Below are positions 10,596-20,017 of a stretch of 64,000 nt of DNA, one piece after another; within the stretch, counting starts at the first letter, position 1; every line of letters starts with the position of its first letter. The notes below the pieces were generated by a model. The model saw only the letters and a list, made by a program, of their open reading frames with translations. It did not search any database and was not told where the DNA came from. This DNA comes from a virus, in the IMG/VR virus record IMGVR_UViG_3300044615_000294, positions 1 to 64,000 of that record. One strand, given 5' to 3'. The position numbers were made by a program, and so were the translations under genes.

Positions 10596-11243
10596 TTATA
10601 GGTTTTTTAACATTTCTATTACTTTAGGATCTGGATACATATCACTCTTATCTTTTCTTACAGAGTTATGTGTATAGATTCCAGGTACTCCTTTGAATGC
10701 TTCTTTGTCAATAGCCCAGATTTCTGATCTATAAGTTTTAGGAATATCATATGTCTCACATAAATACTCTACTAATTGTCTTAAAGATTCTATCTGTGCA
10801 TCTGAATATTTGTACCAATATTTGGTACCTTTAAATGGTGTTTCTAATGTTGTAACATTTTCAGGTTTAACTACTCCATTTACATAGTTATAGTATTTAC
10901 CATTGCGGAGTTTTAATGGACCCCAGTTGCAAACTTCTATACCTACAGAAAGTTTATTAAGGTTCTGATACTTTGCACCATTCTTAGTAAAGTCTTCTGA
11001 ATCAACACCTAAATGCCAAGCCCAGTGTTTAGATGAGAAACATTGTACAATGTCCCCATTCTCACCAATAACAAATGCAGTTGCTATTCTTGTATCATTA
11101 CTATTCCAGTACCGTGATACAGCTACTGCATTTCCTCCACCTGCTGTATGATGCAGATAGATTTGTGTCTTCTTAGATTCTTCAGCAAAAAACTGATCTG
11201 AATCTAATCTTGCTTGTACTATTTTACTAATATCTAGTTTCAT
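10596..11243 (-). CDS. Endolysin, N-acetylmuramoyl-L-alanine amidase (Amidase_2)
   Basis: IYLHHTAG, AWHLG, SVGIEVCN, THNSVRKDKSD zinc-amidase motifs. Confidence 0.9.
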   Translation of the reverse strand: MKLDISKIVQARLDSDQFFAEESKKTQIYLHHTAGGGNAVAVSRYWNSNDTRIATAFVIGENGDIVQCFSSKHWAWHLGVDSEDFTKNGAKYQNLNKLSVGIEVCNWGPLKLRNGKYYNYVNGVVKPENVTTLETPFKGTKYWYKYSDAQIESLRQLVEYLCETYDIPKTYRSEIWAIDKEAFKGVPGIYTHNSVRKDKSDMYPDPKVIEMLKNL

Positions 11244-11740
11244 TAGTTCTTGATGTCTTTGTAAGTATCTGATGCGTCTTTTAAACCTTTTCTAAGTTTC
11301 TTTACAGTATCAAAGGTTTTACTAAGTATATTATTACCTGTAATATCAAACCAGTTTTCATTAATTGAAGCTAGTTCTATAAGTGAAAATATACCAAGTA
11401 AAATATTTGTAAGTATTGCGGGTACAGAAATTACAAAACTAAATCCTGTAAATTCAAGCAATCCATTAAGAAATGGAGTGAGTGCATAATAGTCTAAAGG
11501 AAACACAACACCTGCAGCAATATAATATCCTAAAGATTTGTAAATATATCCTTGTCTAAGAATTCTAGATTTAAATACTTCTCTATATTTTCTGTTAGAT
11601 TCTTTAGCTATTTTTCTAAGGGATACTAATTTAACTATTGTATCTACAAAGATTATAAACATTAAAACTATTACCATTATCTGGATAGGTGCAAAGAAAG
11701 ATGTAATTGTCAAAACTGCCAGTGTTATATTTGTTCTCAT
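11243..11740 (-). CDS. Holin (phage_holin_4_1-like)
   Basis: Several hydrophobic segments, ELASINEN motif, adjacent to the endolysin. Confidence 0.75.
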   Translation of the reverse strand: MRTNITLAVLTITSFFAPIQIMVIVLMFIIFVDTIVKLVSLRKIAKESNRKYREVFKSRILRQGYIYKSLGYYIAAGVVFPLDYYALTPFLNGLLEFTGFSFVISVPAILTNILLGIFSLIELASINENWFDITGNNILSKTFDTVKKLRKGLKDASDTYKDIKN

Positions 11741-12225
11741 ATTGTAGGTATTTGAGCTTTAATCAGACGGTATATAATATATAATATAATAATTATTAAC
11801 CATATACCACCCAACCATGCAAGGAAATTAACCCAACCGGGGATGTATTTTATCTTTTGTGGCTTTTGAGTTTTTGTTACAAGTTTGGTTTTGTAAATAG
11901 TATTGCCTCTTACAGTTCTGTAGATAGTATCTACACGGGCAATTACTTTGTATTTATTATCTCTTACTCTTGATTGTAGTTTGATAATAGTACCATCTTT
12001 CTCAGCAAGTCTAGAAGCATATACATTACCTAATGAGTCACAGAATAATGTATCTTCTATATATACAGTTTCTCCGGGAATATTAATAGTTGTATCTCTA
12101 ATTTGAGTAATAAATACGGTACTATCTTTTTGTGTACATAGTGGGCAGTATTTCTCAAGTCTTCTTTCTAATGAACAAGAAGTGATAAATACTAGTAATA
12201 AAGAATATAAGAATAACTTTTTCAT
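11737..12225 (-). CDS. Putative unimolecular spanin (lipoprotein with C-terminal transmembrane helix)
   Basis: Signal peptide with lipobox FITS-C, beta-rich middle, C-terminal TM (WLGGIWLIIIILYIIY); next to holin and endolysin. Confidence 0.65.
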   Translation of the reverse strand: MKKLFLYSLLLVFITSCSLERRLEKYCPLCTQKDSTVFITQIRDTTINIPGETVYIEDTLFCDSLGNVYASRLAEKDGTIIKLQSRVRDNKYKVIARVDTIYRTVRGNTIYKTKLVTKTQKPQKIKYIPGWVNFLAWLGGIWLIIIILYIIYRLIKAQIPTI

Positions 12226-12692
12226 TATGCGCCAAAGGTTCTTATGTCATACTTAATTACAAATCTCAATGTGCCATTTCCAAGAGTAGGGTTAACATCT
12301 CCCCAGGTTCTTAATACAATAGGTTTATTTATCCATGTACCATTATATTGATAGTTAACAGAATTAGCTGTATCAAGAGCACCTTCAAAATGTGTAAAGT
12401 GCATTGCTTTATTTCCAGCAGTTGTCATAAATCCTTTTTGCATAAACATGTTTCCTGTAGCATTTGGATTAATAAAGATATATGGATTGGCACCTGTACC
12501 AATAGTATATGGTGTTCCATTATCTGTAAACTCCATGGCAACTGAATAAATAGCATAATATTTATTTGCTCCTGGTGCAGGTAAAATTACTGCAGGACTT
12601 GATCCAGTACTTAAAATTTGAGCAGCAGATAAATTTACAACAGTTTCTGTTACACTGCTCCCACCACCACTTAATTGTATTAACGTACTCAT
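12225..12692 (-). CDS. Putative structural/fibre-associated protein
   Basis: Beta-rich, G/T-rich, in the late operon. Confidence 0.5.
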   Translation of the reverse strand: MSTLIQLSGGGSSVTETVVNLSAAQILSTGSSPAVILPAPGANKYYAIYSVAMEFTDNGTPYTIGTGANPYIFINPNATGNMFMQKGFMTTAGNKAMHFTHFEGALDTANSVNYQYNGTWINKPIVLRTWGDVNPTLGNGTLRFVIKYDIRTFGA

Positions 12693-12718
12693 TTGAATTA
12701 ATATATTTTATTTATAAC

Positions 12719-13960
12719 CTATCTACTTACTTCTTCCCAGTCCATTGATGCAAATACACTTTCATTATTTGTACCTGCTGTTAAAACTATTGTAAACTCA
12801 TAAGGAGTTCCTGTTAATCCATCTCTTTCTAATTGATTACTAAACAATGCAGCCTTTAATATATCAATAGATACACTTGTACTTGCTGTAGCTGTAAAAT
12901 ATCCTGATGCTATAATTCTTCCCCCTGCAAAAGCAGTTCCTGTTAAGTTATATTCTACAGAAGTATTCGCTCCTGCACTAATCCAAGTTCCACCTGTAGT
13001 TGTTCCTGATGATATTAATTGCCAATTGTAATTAGCAGATGTATTCCCTATTATAGAAACAGCTGTAGCTATAGCTATTCCATCTAATCTAGTTGATTTT
13101 AATCTTAATGAAACTATAGGATACAATGTGCCTGCCGTAGTTAAGGTCTTAGGTGTTGTTATTGGCGTACCTACAGCCTGTTGTAAGCCACGAAGTTCAT
13201 ATCCTCCTTCAGATAGTACAGTAGAACATATTTGTTTTAATCTACTTGATGAACCTGTAGCGGATGTATTTGTTATTTCATATCTAAGAGGCAATGATGC
13301 TGTAGTAATATATGTAGATGTGATTAAGTTAGCATGGTTGAATCTATGACAAACATAATAATTTCCATCTATAATAAATCCTATCCTAACTGTTCCCACA
13401 CCTAACCACTCCAAGTCCATAAATAAAATTTGAGCTTTTGTTAAATCAAGTGTAATACCACTAGGGCCTGATCCATCCATAGGGTCTACATTCCAATTTG
13501 CTTGAGCAACTGGATTATTTACTAATGATCCTGAAACAGAACTTCTTTCAACAAAACTTACTGCGCTGTCATTCTGTTCTAGATAATATCCATTAGATGC
13601 CCCATAATAACCCACTCTTTGTCTAAGCCCTGTCTTAGCAGCATTCATTACAAATGTATTAAGAACAAGAAGACTCTTACCAGGTTGATAAGAAAACACC
13701 TTTGTGGTTTCTCTAATAACTTCAGAACCTGATGCTGCTGTTACACCTAAGTTTATTAAACCTTCATTAGCATCAAATGTAGTAGACCCACTTACAGCAG
13801 TAGCTGTTGACCACAAATTATTATCTGCAAACCTATGACTAGAGTCAAATAATGTAAATGGTTCACTTACCCTAACTCTACCAAATGCATCTGTAAGCAT
13901 TGGGTATTGTGCAAGAATGTCATTAGAACCTGAACCTCCTATGGAAACTATAGTACTCAT
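12719..13960 (-). CDS. Putative virion fibre/receptor-binding protein
   Basis: 413 aa, T/S/G-rich; DAFGRVRVSEPFTLFDS, YQPGKS and EWLGVG motifs seen in aquatic phage structural proteins. Confidence 0.55.
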   Translation of the reverse strand: MSTIVSIGGSGSNDILAQYPMLTDAFGRVRVSEPFTLFDSSHRFADNNLWSTATAVSGSTTFDANEGLINLGVTAASGSEVIRETTKVFSYQPGKSLLVLNTFVMNAAKTGLRQRVGYYGASNGYYLEQNDSAVSFVERSSVSGSLVNNPVAQANWNVDPMDGSGPSGITLDLTKAQILFMDLEWLGVGTVRIGFIIDGNYYVCHRFNHANLITSTYITTASLPLRYEITNTSATGSSSRLKQICSTVLSEGGYELRGLQQAVGTPITTPKTLTTAGTLYPIVSLRLKSTRLDGIAIATAVSIIGNTSANYNWQLISSGTTTGGTWISAGANTSVEYNLTGTAFAGGRIIASGYFTATASTSVSIDILKAALFSNQLERDGLTGTPYEFTIVLTAGTNNESVFASMDWEEVSR

Positions 13961-13963
13961 TTC

Positions 13964-14302
13964 TTATACTATATAAGTAATTAAGAATGTAGTTCCTGTT
14001 GCATCATAAGTAATACCATTTAGATAGTTATTATTATCCGGAGCAAAATTTACAGTTGCTCCTGCAGGTAAGGTAACACCATTAACTAATCCAGCAGCAC
14101 CGCCAACATTGGCTATTGAAAAACCATATGTTATTGAAATACCTCCAGAACCAGTATCAGAAATAATTACAGGTGTTCTTTGTTGGGGAACACTGCTACC
14201 TATCAGGTAATCATAAATTCTTTGTATACCTTCTAATACTTTTAATTGCCAAGGAAAATTATTTCCCTTGTTTCCATAGTCTTTTAAATTTCCTATTGAC
14301 AT
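13964..14302 (-). CDS. Putative structural protein
   Basis: GNKGNNFPWQLKVLEG N-terminus plus a small beta-sandwich-like domain. Confidence 0.5.
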   Translation of the reverse strand: MSIGNLKDYGNKGNNFPWQLKVLEGIQRIYDYLIGSSVPQQRTPVIISDTGSGGISITYGFSIANVGGAAGLVNGVTLPAGATVNFAPDNNNYLNGITYDATGTTFLITYIV

Positions 14303-14307
14303 AATTT

Positions 14308-14424
14308 TTATTTTTTAACTTGTTGAACATACTTTGCTTTTTGTTCAGTAAACTTTTTAGCAATGTCTTTTACTTTATTACCATATTTAGCAAGCAAGTA
14401 TTCATTTAAATTAGTCTTTTTCAT
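14308..14424 (-). CDS. Small basic peptide (38 aa)
   Basis: Manual translation MKKTNLNEYLLAKYGNKVKDIAKKFTEQKAKYVQQVKK fills the intergenic gap. Confidence 0.4.
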   Translation of the reverse strand: MKKTNLNEYLLAKYGNKVKDIAKKFTEQKAKYVQQVKK

Positions 14425-14433
14425 AGTTACTTA

Positions 14434-15063
14434 TTAATTAATAAATTGTATTACTGTTCCTTGTGGTACTGCTATTGTAAAATCAATAACAACCTGTGCT
14501 TCAAAAGGTACAGGTCCTGTCATAACTAAAGTAAACCAATGATCTTCAGGAGCTGAGATTGTATTATCATCTGCAATAAATGATGATAATGTAGAAATTA
14601 AAGCTCCTGTTCCATCTTTTACAAGAACATTAAAGTTCATAGCAGATGCTACTGTATCATAAACATTTGTATCTGGTGCTAATATAACAGTATCTTCTCT
14701 TACTCTTAAAACATCAGCCGAACCAACTGCTACACCAATAAGATATGCATAACTTGCAGCTCCAGTTATTTCAGCTGTTCCTTGAATTCTGTATCTATCA
14801 TATACATCACCATTTGAAGTAGTAATAGTTCCAGTTATAGGAGTCATTGTTGCTTGTACTTCTGGATCAAGTGAACCTTCTATGAAAGTTACAGAAGGTT
14901 CTCCTACTACAGCAGCAAAGTCTTCAACAGAGATAGCCACTGCAAGATAACCATCATCGCGTCTTCCATCTTTTAAACCTACAGGTAAAAGTGTTTTGGC
15001 AGGGTCTACAGTAGTAACTTGTCTACCCCCACGGATCCAAGAGATAAAATTTAAAATATCCAT
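14434..15063 (-). CDS. Fibre/decoration protein, MDILNFISWI family paralogue
   Basis: Shares about 50 N-terminal aa with the next two ORFs. Confidence 0.6.
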   Translation of the reverse strand: MDILNFISWIRGGRQVTTVDPAKTLLPVGLKDGRRDDGYLAVAISVEDFAAVVGEPSVTFIEGSLDPEVQATMTPITGTITTSNGDVYDRYRIQGTAEITGAASYAYLIGVAVGSADVLRVREDTVILAPDTNVYDTVASAMNFNVLVKDGTGALISTLSSFIADDNTISAPEDHWFTLVMTGPVPFEAQVVIDFTIAVPQGTVIQFIN

Positions 15064-15105
15064 GATTGTTTATTATTAAGAGTTTATATTGACATAGTTT
15101 CTTAT

Positions 15106-15576
15106 TTAATTAATTATCATAAAGTGTACTCTAACTACATTGTTTAATGCGGCACCTCCAGCATTTGCTATTGTAACACTAAAAAATCCTGCTCCTATAG
15201 TACCAGTACTAACTACAGGAAAACTAGCAGCTGCTCCTGGATATTGCACTGACACAAGAATTCTTGAGTCAGCAGTAACATTATCATTATTAACATTGAA
15301 TGATGCTTTAGCATTTGCAGCTAATGTAGAAGATACAGTAGTGATTACACCATTGAATGTATTTAAAGTAACAGCAGTTGAAATAGAAGTCAACTGAGTT
15401 ACAGTACCATTATCATATAATGATTGTAGAGGAGCTGCATTAACTGCTAGTGGTAACCAACCGTCATCTCTAGAAGAATCTTGAGCCCCAATAGGTAATA
15501 GGTTAGTAACATCTGTAGGGAGAGTTTCTCTATAATTTCCTGCTTTAATCCAGGAGATAAAATTTAAAATATCCAT
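15106..15576 (-). CDS. Fibre/decoration protein, MDILNFISWI family paralogue
   Basis: Shared N-terminal domain, different beta-rich C-terminus. Confidence 0.6.
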   Translation of the reverse strand: MDILNFISWIKAGNYRETLPTDVTNLLPIGAQDSSRDDGWLPLAVNAAPLQSLYDNGTVTQLTSISTAVTLNTFNGVITTVSSTLAANAKASFNVNNDNVTADSRILVSVQYPGAAASFPVVSTGTIGAGFFSVTIANAGGAALNNVVRVHFMIIN

Positions 15577-15599
15577 GGTTATTTATTATTAAGATTTTA

Positions 15600-16616
15600 T
15601 TATGCTGATGCAACATTAATAATTCCTCCATCAGTTACTGTTACTAACCATCTTAAACCATTAGCAGAGCGCATTAGAATACCTTCACCTGGAGTTTCAA
15701 GTTCAATACTTTTAGTGTTTACAACAAGATTTGCAGAAGTAGTATCAGTTGGAACAGTATTACCTACAACAACTTGACCATTTGGAAATAGCATTAATTT
15801 CTCATTACCAATACCACCGCCACATGAAAACTTCATTACAACATTTTGAAAAGTATTGAAGTATATTGAATTATCCATTATAGGGTTCCCTGGAACTGGT
15901 GGATTTATTCCATATCCAAGAGCTGTTATATTAGTTGACATATTATTACTTAATGACCCACCAACAACAGTTGTTTGAGTTCTAATTCCCGCACTTGGTT
16001 GTAGACTGGTACTTTGTAAAATTCTTAATGCTTGACCAACAGTATTAACAGTATTAATACCAATTCTACCAAAATTATTTGTTAATGTAGAACTAGGTGT
16101 CCATTGTGCACCTGACCACAATAATGTTTGATATAATGCAGCACCATTAGCAATACTTCCACCACCTCCTGCTCCTGGAGGGCCTTGTGGACCTTGAATT
16201 CCTTGAGGACCTTGTGGACCAGTTGCTCCTTGAGAAGCTAATAAAGCCCAATTTCCAGGAGTTACGTTTGGAGCAGTTGTTCCTGATGTAGGAGCAATAC
16301 AAAACCAAGAAGCTCCAGCATAACCTACAGCATCATCAACAACATAAGATGCTCCTGATACCCATGCACCTTGCCAATTAAGACCTGCTGGTCCTACTGG
16401 TCCTGGTACACCTTGAGGTCCTATTGGGCCTTGTGCTCCTGGAGGAATTACAGCGGCAACTTGAGTTGCAAAGTTTTGTACAGAGATTCCTGCAGTTAAA
16501 TATGAGTCATCTCTTCTGTCATCCTTTAATGCAACAGGTAGCAAACTTGTTGCTGGATCAGCAGAAGTAACTACTCTACGACCTCTAATCCAAGAAATAA
16601 AATTTAAAATATCCAT
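15600..16616 (-). CDS. Collagen-like fibre protein, MDILNFISWI family paralogue
   Basis: Two Gly-X-Y tracts (GPQG...) flanking a WQGAW...Y...W carbohydrate-binding-like module. Confidence 0.7.
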   Translation of the reverse strand: MDILNFISWIRGRRVVTSADPATSLLPVALKDDRRDDSYLTAGISVQNFATQVAAVIPPGAQGPIGPQGVPGPVGPAGLNWQGAWVSGASYVVDDAVGYAGASWFCIAPTSGTTAPNVTPGNWALLASQGATGPQGPQGIQGPQGPPGAGGGGSIANGAALYQTLLWSGAQWTPSSTLTNNFGRIGINTVNTVGQALRILQSTSLQPSAGIRTQTTVVGGSLSNNMSTNITALGYGINPPVPGNPIMDNSIYFNTFQNVVMKFSCGGGIGNEKLMLFPNGQVVVGNTVPTDTTSANLVVNTKSIELETPGEGILMRSANGLRWLVTVTDGGIINVASA

Positions 16617-16720
16617 GACGTTTTGTTTTATAAATAATTTGTATACACTATATCTATAATATAATGAAAATTATTTAGATAACAAACTATTCAGAAACTA
16701 ATTCTTTAATATACAAAAAA

Positions 16721-16744
16721 ATCCCCAGCTTTGCAACCGGGGAT
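16721..16744 (-). terminator. Intrinsic terminator
   Basis: ATCCCC...GGGGAT stem with an adjacent A-run (T-run on the minus strand). Confidence 0.55.
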
Positions 16745-16784
16745 CATTTTGCTGTATTGCTAGAAACGAAGATAGAAACACAGA

Positions 16785-16979
16785 CTAGAGTAGTAGGCCA
16801 ATTGATAGTGCAATAGCTAACATAATAGCAATGCAAATATTTGCAATTTTAAAATCATCTTCATTAATTACATACTGCTGTGAGATTTTATCATACACAG
16901 GTTTATATAGTAAATGTGCTATTGCCCATAACATGGCAATAACTGTAAATAATATAATAATTGCAACTATTCTCATCAC
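16785..16979 (-). CDS. Small two-TM membrane protein
   Basis: Two hydrophobic helices. Confidence 0.55.
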   Translation of the reverse strand: MMRIVAIIILFTVIAMLWAIAHLLYKPVYDKISQQYVINEDDFKIANICIAIMLAIALSIGLLL

Positions 16980-17230
16980 TTCATTTTTAATAATTTCTCA
17001 GATAATAATAATGTTCTTGTGATTTCTCCAATTGCTTGGTCAAATAAAAGACTTTTTACTGGTGATCTATTTTCATTATAGTTATCCTTAAGATCTTCTG
17101 CTAATTTAGAGAAGGTCTTTCTCAATTCAATAATTTGTTCAGACTCATTGATCTCTTCTGAGTCTAAACCTACTAAGATATCCCCGAAAGAATATATCTT
17201 AGTTTCTTTAAAGGCTGCTTGTTCACTCAT
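16976..17230 (-). CDS. Helical-hairpin protein, weakly Acb2/Tad1-like
   Basis: SFGDILVGL...SLLFDQAIGEI pattern; resemblance by eye only. Confidence 0.4.
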   Translation of the reverse strand: MSEQAAFKETKIYSFGDILVGLDSEEINESEQIIELRKTFSKLAEDLKDNYNENRSPVKSLLFDQAIGEITRTLLLSEKLLKMK

Positions 17231-17535
17231 AATTTATCTATTCTTCGTTGTAAATATACTAAAGCTTTTTGTAAATCTTCTTTCTTAGTAGAAGTTTTTT
17301 TACCAGCTCTTACAATATACTTGATAACATTACCAAGATAAAAATCTTCATCTAATCCCCAAGATTCTAGTACATTAAATACCTCATAAGTATTTCCTGC
17401 TCCACCATAATACTGTGGTCTATCAAGATTTATGATCCTATCTTCAAGTGGTATCTGTTTAGATACTATCTTATCAAACGGTGTATACATTTTACTGCTA
17501 TACAGCTCTTCTGATTCTTCTGTTAAGTTTACCAT
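17227..17535 (-). CDS. DUF3310-like protein
   Basis: RPQYYGG...FYLGNVIKYIVRAGKK...EDLQKALVYLQR. Confidence 0.8.
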   Translation of the reverse strand: MVNLTEESEELYSSKMYTPFDKIVSKQIPLEDRIINLDRPQYYGGAGNTYEVFNVLESWGLDEDFYLGNVIKYIVRAGKKTSTKKEDLQKALVYLQRRIDKL

Positions 17536-17804
17536 ACTATTGCAATATCTCTTTCAGCTACCATTAGTTTAACTCCATCTTCTAGCTCTACCGCTTCAGA
17601 TGCTTGAAGTCCAATGATTCCCATATACACTTTATCCCCTACCTTTACTGATTCTACTTCATCCCCTACAGCATAAACTTCTAACTTAGTCCATGTCTTT
17701 CTCATGTCCATTTCAATAGCCATCTTGTCAGCTTCACTTAATTCAAATGGAGATTCTTTTACTTCTGGTTTATTTAATAAAACCCTTTTTCCTTTTAGTT
17801 GCAT
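17529..17804 (-). CDS. GroES-like co-chaperonin
   Basis: MQLKGKRVLL...VYAVGDEVESVKVGDKV...MVAERDIAIVW matches the GroES pattern; ATG at 17804 preferred over the track's 17909 start. Confidence 0.75.
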   Translation of the reverse strand: MQLKGKRVLLNKPEVKESPFELSEADKMAIEMDMRKTWTKLEVYAVGDEVESVKVGDKVYMGIIGLQASEAVELEDGVKLMVAERDIAIVW

Positions 17805-17924
17805 TTTATTGGTTTTTAATTTTTCAAATAATTCTCTAGCTTGCAGGTTGTCTTCTGCAAGAGTAGTAGCCTTTTCCCAAAGTACTTTTTCTTCTAGAGT
17901 CACTGACAAATATAAACAAAATAT

Positions 17925-18062
17925 TTATTTACCTTGTCCTCTATATAACTTTTTATATTTTTTACTAGACTTTAATTTACTAGTTTTAGATTTAGCATGT
18001 ACACCTGGACGGGATACTTTAGATGTCTCTAGCTTTGTGGTAAGTTCTTTTATTTTTGCCAT
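17925..18062 (-). CDS. Small basic protein (45 aa)
   Basis: Manual translation MAKIKELTTKLETSKVSRPGVHAKSKTSKLKSSKKYKKLYRGQGK. Confidence 0.6.
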   Translation of the reverse strand: MAKIKELTTKLETSKVSRPGVHAKSKTSKLKSSKKYKKLYRGQGK

Positions 18063-18097
18063 GATATAAATTATTAAGTACTATATAATATACTTAA

Positions 18098-18730
18098 TTA
18101 TTCGTTATCATAAAACATTCTTTCTGAATCTTCTGTATGCCACTTATCAAACCCCTCGCAATTATAATAATCTTTGTTCACCAAATAATCTGGTCTCTCA
18201 GGAAACGGCTTAGTAACAAAACTAGGCTCTGACCATTTGATTCTATTGTTTGGTTGTAGTGCTATCTGCCCGTTGTCAAGTAATATTACATGGTGGCTTT
18301 TATGCTCTAATGGATCTTCAGCTAAAGATATGTCAGTGTTAATATCTCCACTACCCCAGTTTATTGTAGCATAGTATTTACCAGGATAAAACTTATGATC
18401 CTTCATATACACTTCAACAGGAGTATCATAAAGATATGATAGATGTACTAGTGTAAAGTTATATGAGAAACAATTCCATATCTGTAGAAAGTGGAAAGGT
18501 AGATCTGGATCTGGTAACTCTGGTTCTGTCAGTAAGGCATGACTAGGTAGCTTATCTCGTAGCACGCCATTCTCTAACAATACCTGGAACAATGCAGCTT
18601 GTCCCGGTAGACATCTTACAGATATAATAACCCCCGGGGTAAATTCTCCATGACCTTTCTGATGTTGGTACATGTACTCATTCCTAACAAATACCTTGAG
18701 AGGAAAAAAGTTGTGTTCTATATATGCCAT
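18098..18730 (-). CDS. Hypothetical phage protein
   Basis: 210-aa clean ORF with typical codon usage. Confidence 0.7.
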   Translation of the reverse strand: MAYIEHNFFPLKVFVRNEYMYQHQKGHGEFTPGVIISVRCLPGQAALFQVLLENGVLRDKLPSHALLTEPELPDPDLPFHFLQIWNCFSYNFTLVHLSYLYDTPVEVYMKDHKFYPGKYYATINWGSGDINTDISLAEDPLEHKSHHVILLDNGQIALQPNNRIKWSEPSFVTKPFPERPDYLVNKDYYNCEGFDKWHTEDSERMFYDNE

Positions 18731-18731
18731 A

Positions 18732-19178
18732 TTATTTTCTTGAGAAGAAGTTCTTCTTTGGTGCTTCTACCTTGGTAGTCTTTAGTTTCTCAATAATCTT
18801 GTTTGCTTCTTCTTCAGCAAATCCAATTGCCTCTTCTTCTTTGTCTTTGATATTCCAGTTGTTTAGTAAAAGGCTCATGTGCATAGTTTCATGCATAACA
18901 GCTGTGGCTTTCTCTGTAGGACTATACTTCTTGAAAGTACCCATGTTCAAAAACAAGAATGGTTTGTATGGATCTTTAGCTGTTAGCTTCTTATCCGCGG
19001 GATCATAGTTAGTCCACCCATATATGTAAACACCATTGCCCTTAGTCTTGTCTACTTCTTCAGCTTGAGCATCCTGACGATTTAAACCATGCATTTCCGG
19101 GACATTGTAATAGTCAAATATCTCAGTGGCATCATTACCAATGAGTACTATATACTTGCCCATGTCAATCTTCTTCAT
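18732..19178 (-). CDS. Zincin-like metallopeptidase
   Basis: HETMH (HExxH) followed by downstream EEA. Confidence 0.6.
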   Translation of the reverse strand: MKKIDMGKYIVLIGNDATEIFDYYNVPEMHGLNRQDAQAEEVDKTKGNGVYIYGWTNYDPADKKLTAKDPYKPFLFLNMGTFKKYSPTEKATAVMHETMHMSLLLNNWNIKDKEEEAIGFAEEEANKIIEKLKTTKVEAPKKNFFSRK

Positions 19179-19193
19179 ATACTAATATACAAA

Positions 19194-19319
19194 TTATTTT
19201 GCACACTTACTATAGGCATCACACTTCTTAGTAGACTTACATCCCTGCATCATGTAGCCAATAGCAACTCCTACACATACACCTAATACATATAGGATAA
19301 ATAGTTTCCATTTTTCCAT
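19194..19319 (-). CDS. Small putative lipoprotein (41 aa)
   Basis: Manual translation MEKWKLFILYVLGVCVGVAIGYMMQGCKSTKKCDAYSKCAK; TATATTTG element just upstream at 19324-19331. Confidence 0.5.
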   Translation of the reverse strand: MEKWKLFILYVLGVCVGVAIGYMMQGCKSTKKCDAYSKCAK

Positions 19320-19765
19320 ATAACAAATATAACACAAATAACAAAGGCCCGGGCTTTCAACTCCAGACCTTTGTGCTATTTATTAACCCTTAAAAATAAC
19401 ATGACAAATATAAAATTAAATTTTTAAATTCCAAACGGGGGTAAAATTATTTTATTGAAGAGGATCTGGAGGGTGATGCTACAGACACCCCCGGGGGCCG
19501 CGCCAAACTGGGTACACCCCCCATAAATCTGAGGCAGCAATGTCATATTCTAGGTGCAAAAACAAAAAATATTCTACCAGGAAAAATATGTTAACCCATA
19601 CATGCTAGGTTACATGCTATGTAGTATAGTATATATAGTATATGTATATCTAATATGTGTTGTGTCAAGATCTATGCTTGCCGCTGTGCTACATCAATCT
19701 ATCTATGTATGTATATGTAATACAGTAACTGTGTCATACTATTCATAACCATTAAAACATTTATC

Positions 19766-19996
19766 ATGAAGATTTACTTTGCACTTATCACAGATTACTT
19801 AGGAAAACCTGTTCAACAATTAGCATACACTGCTACTGCTAAACACTCTGCATTCTTAGCACAAGAATACATTGACCATGTTCCACCTGCTTGCGGATTT
19901 ACAATATGCAAGAAATATGTAGATGCAAAACAAATAGCTAAGCTCCTTAACCAAGGGGCTTATGCCATACTCATAGTAACTGTGTTATACTATTAA
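19766..19996 (+). CDS. Early hypothetical protein
   Basis: ATG 25 nt after motif copy 1. Confidence 0.55.
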   Translation: MKIYFALITDYLGKPVQQLAYTATAKHSAFLAQEYIDHVPPACGFTICKKYVDAKQIAKLLNQGAYAILIVTVLYY

Positions 19997-20017
19997 TAAA
20001 CTTTAAAACTAAATACC

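Noticed and set aside
12225-16616. Diversity-generating retroelement acting on fibre genes
   Set aside because: No reverse transcriptase and no template/variable repeat pair seen in the window
19554-19748. 64-aa ORF at the strand switch
   Set aside because: GTG start, low-complexity TATG-rich sequence, and it runs over the first promoter motif; probably non-coding
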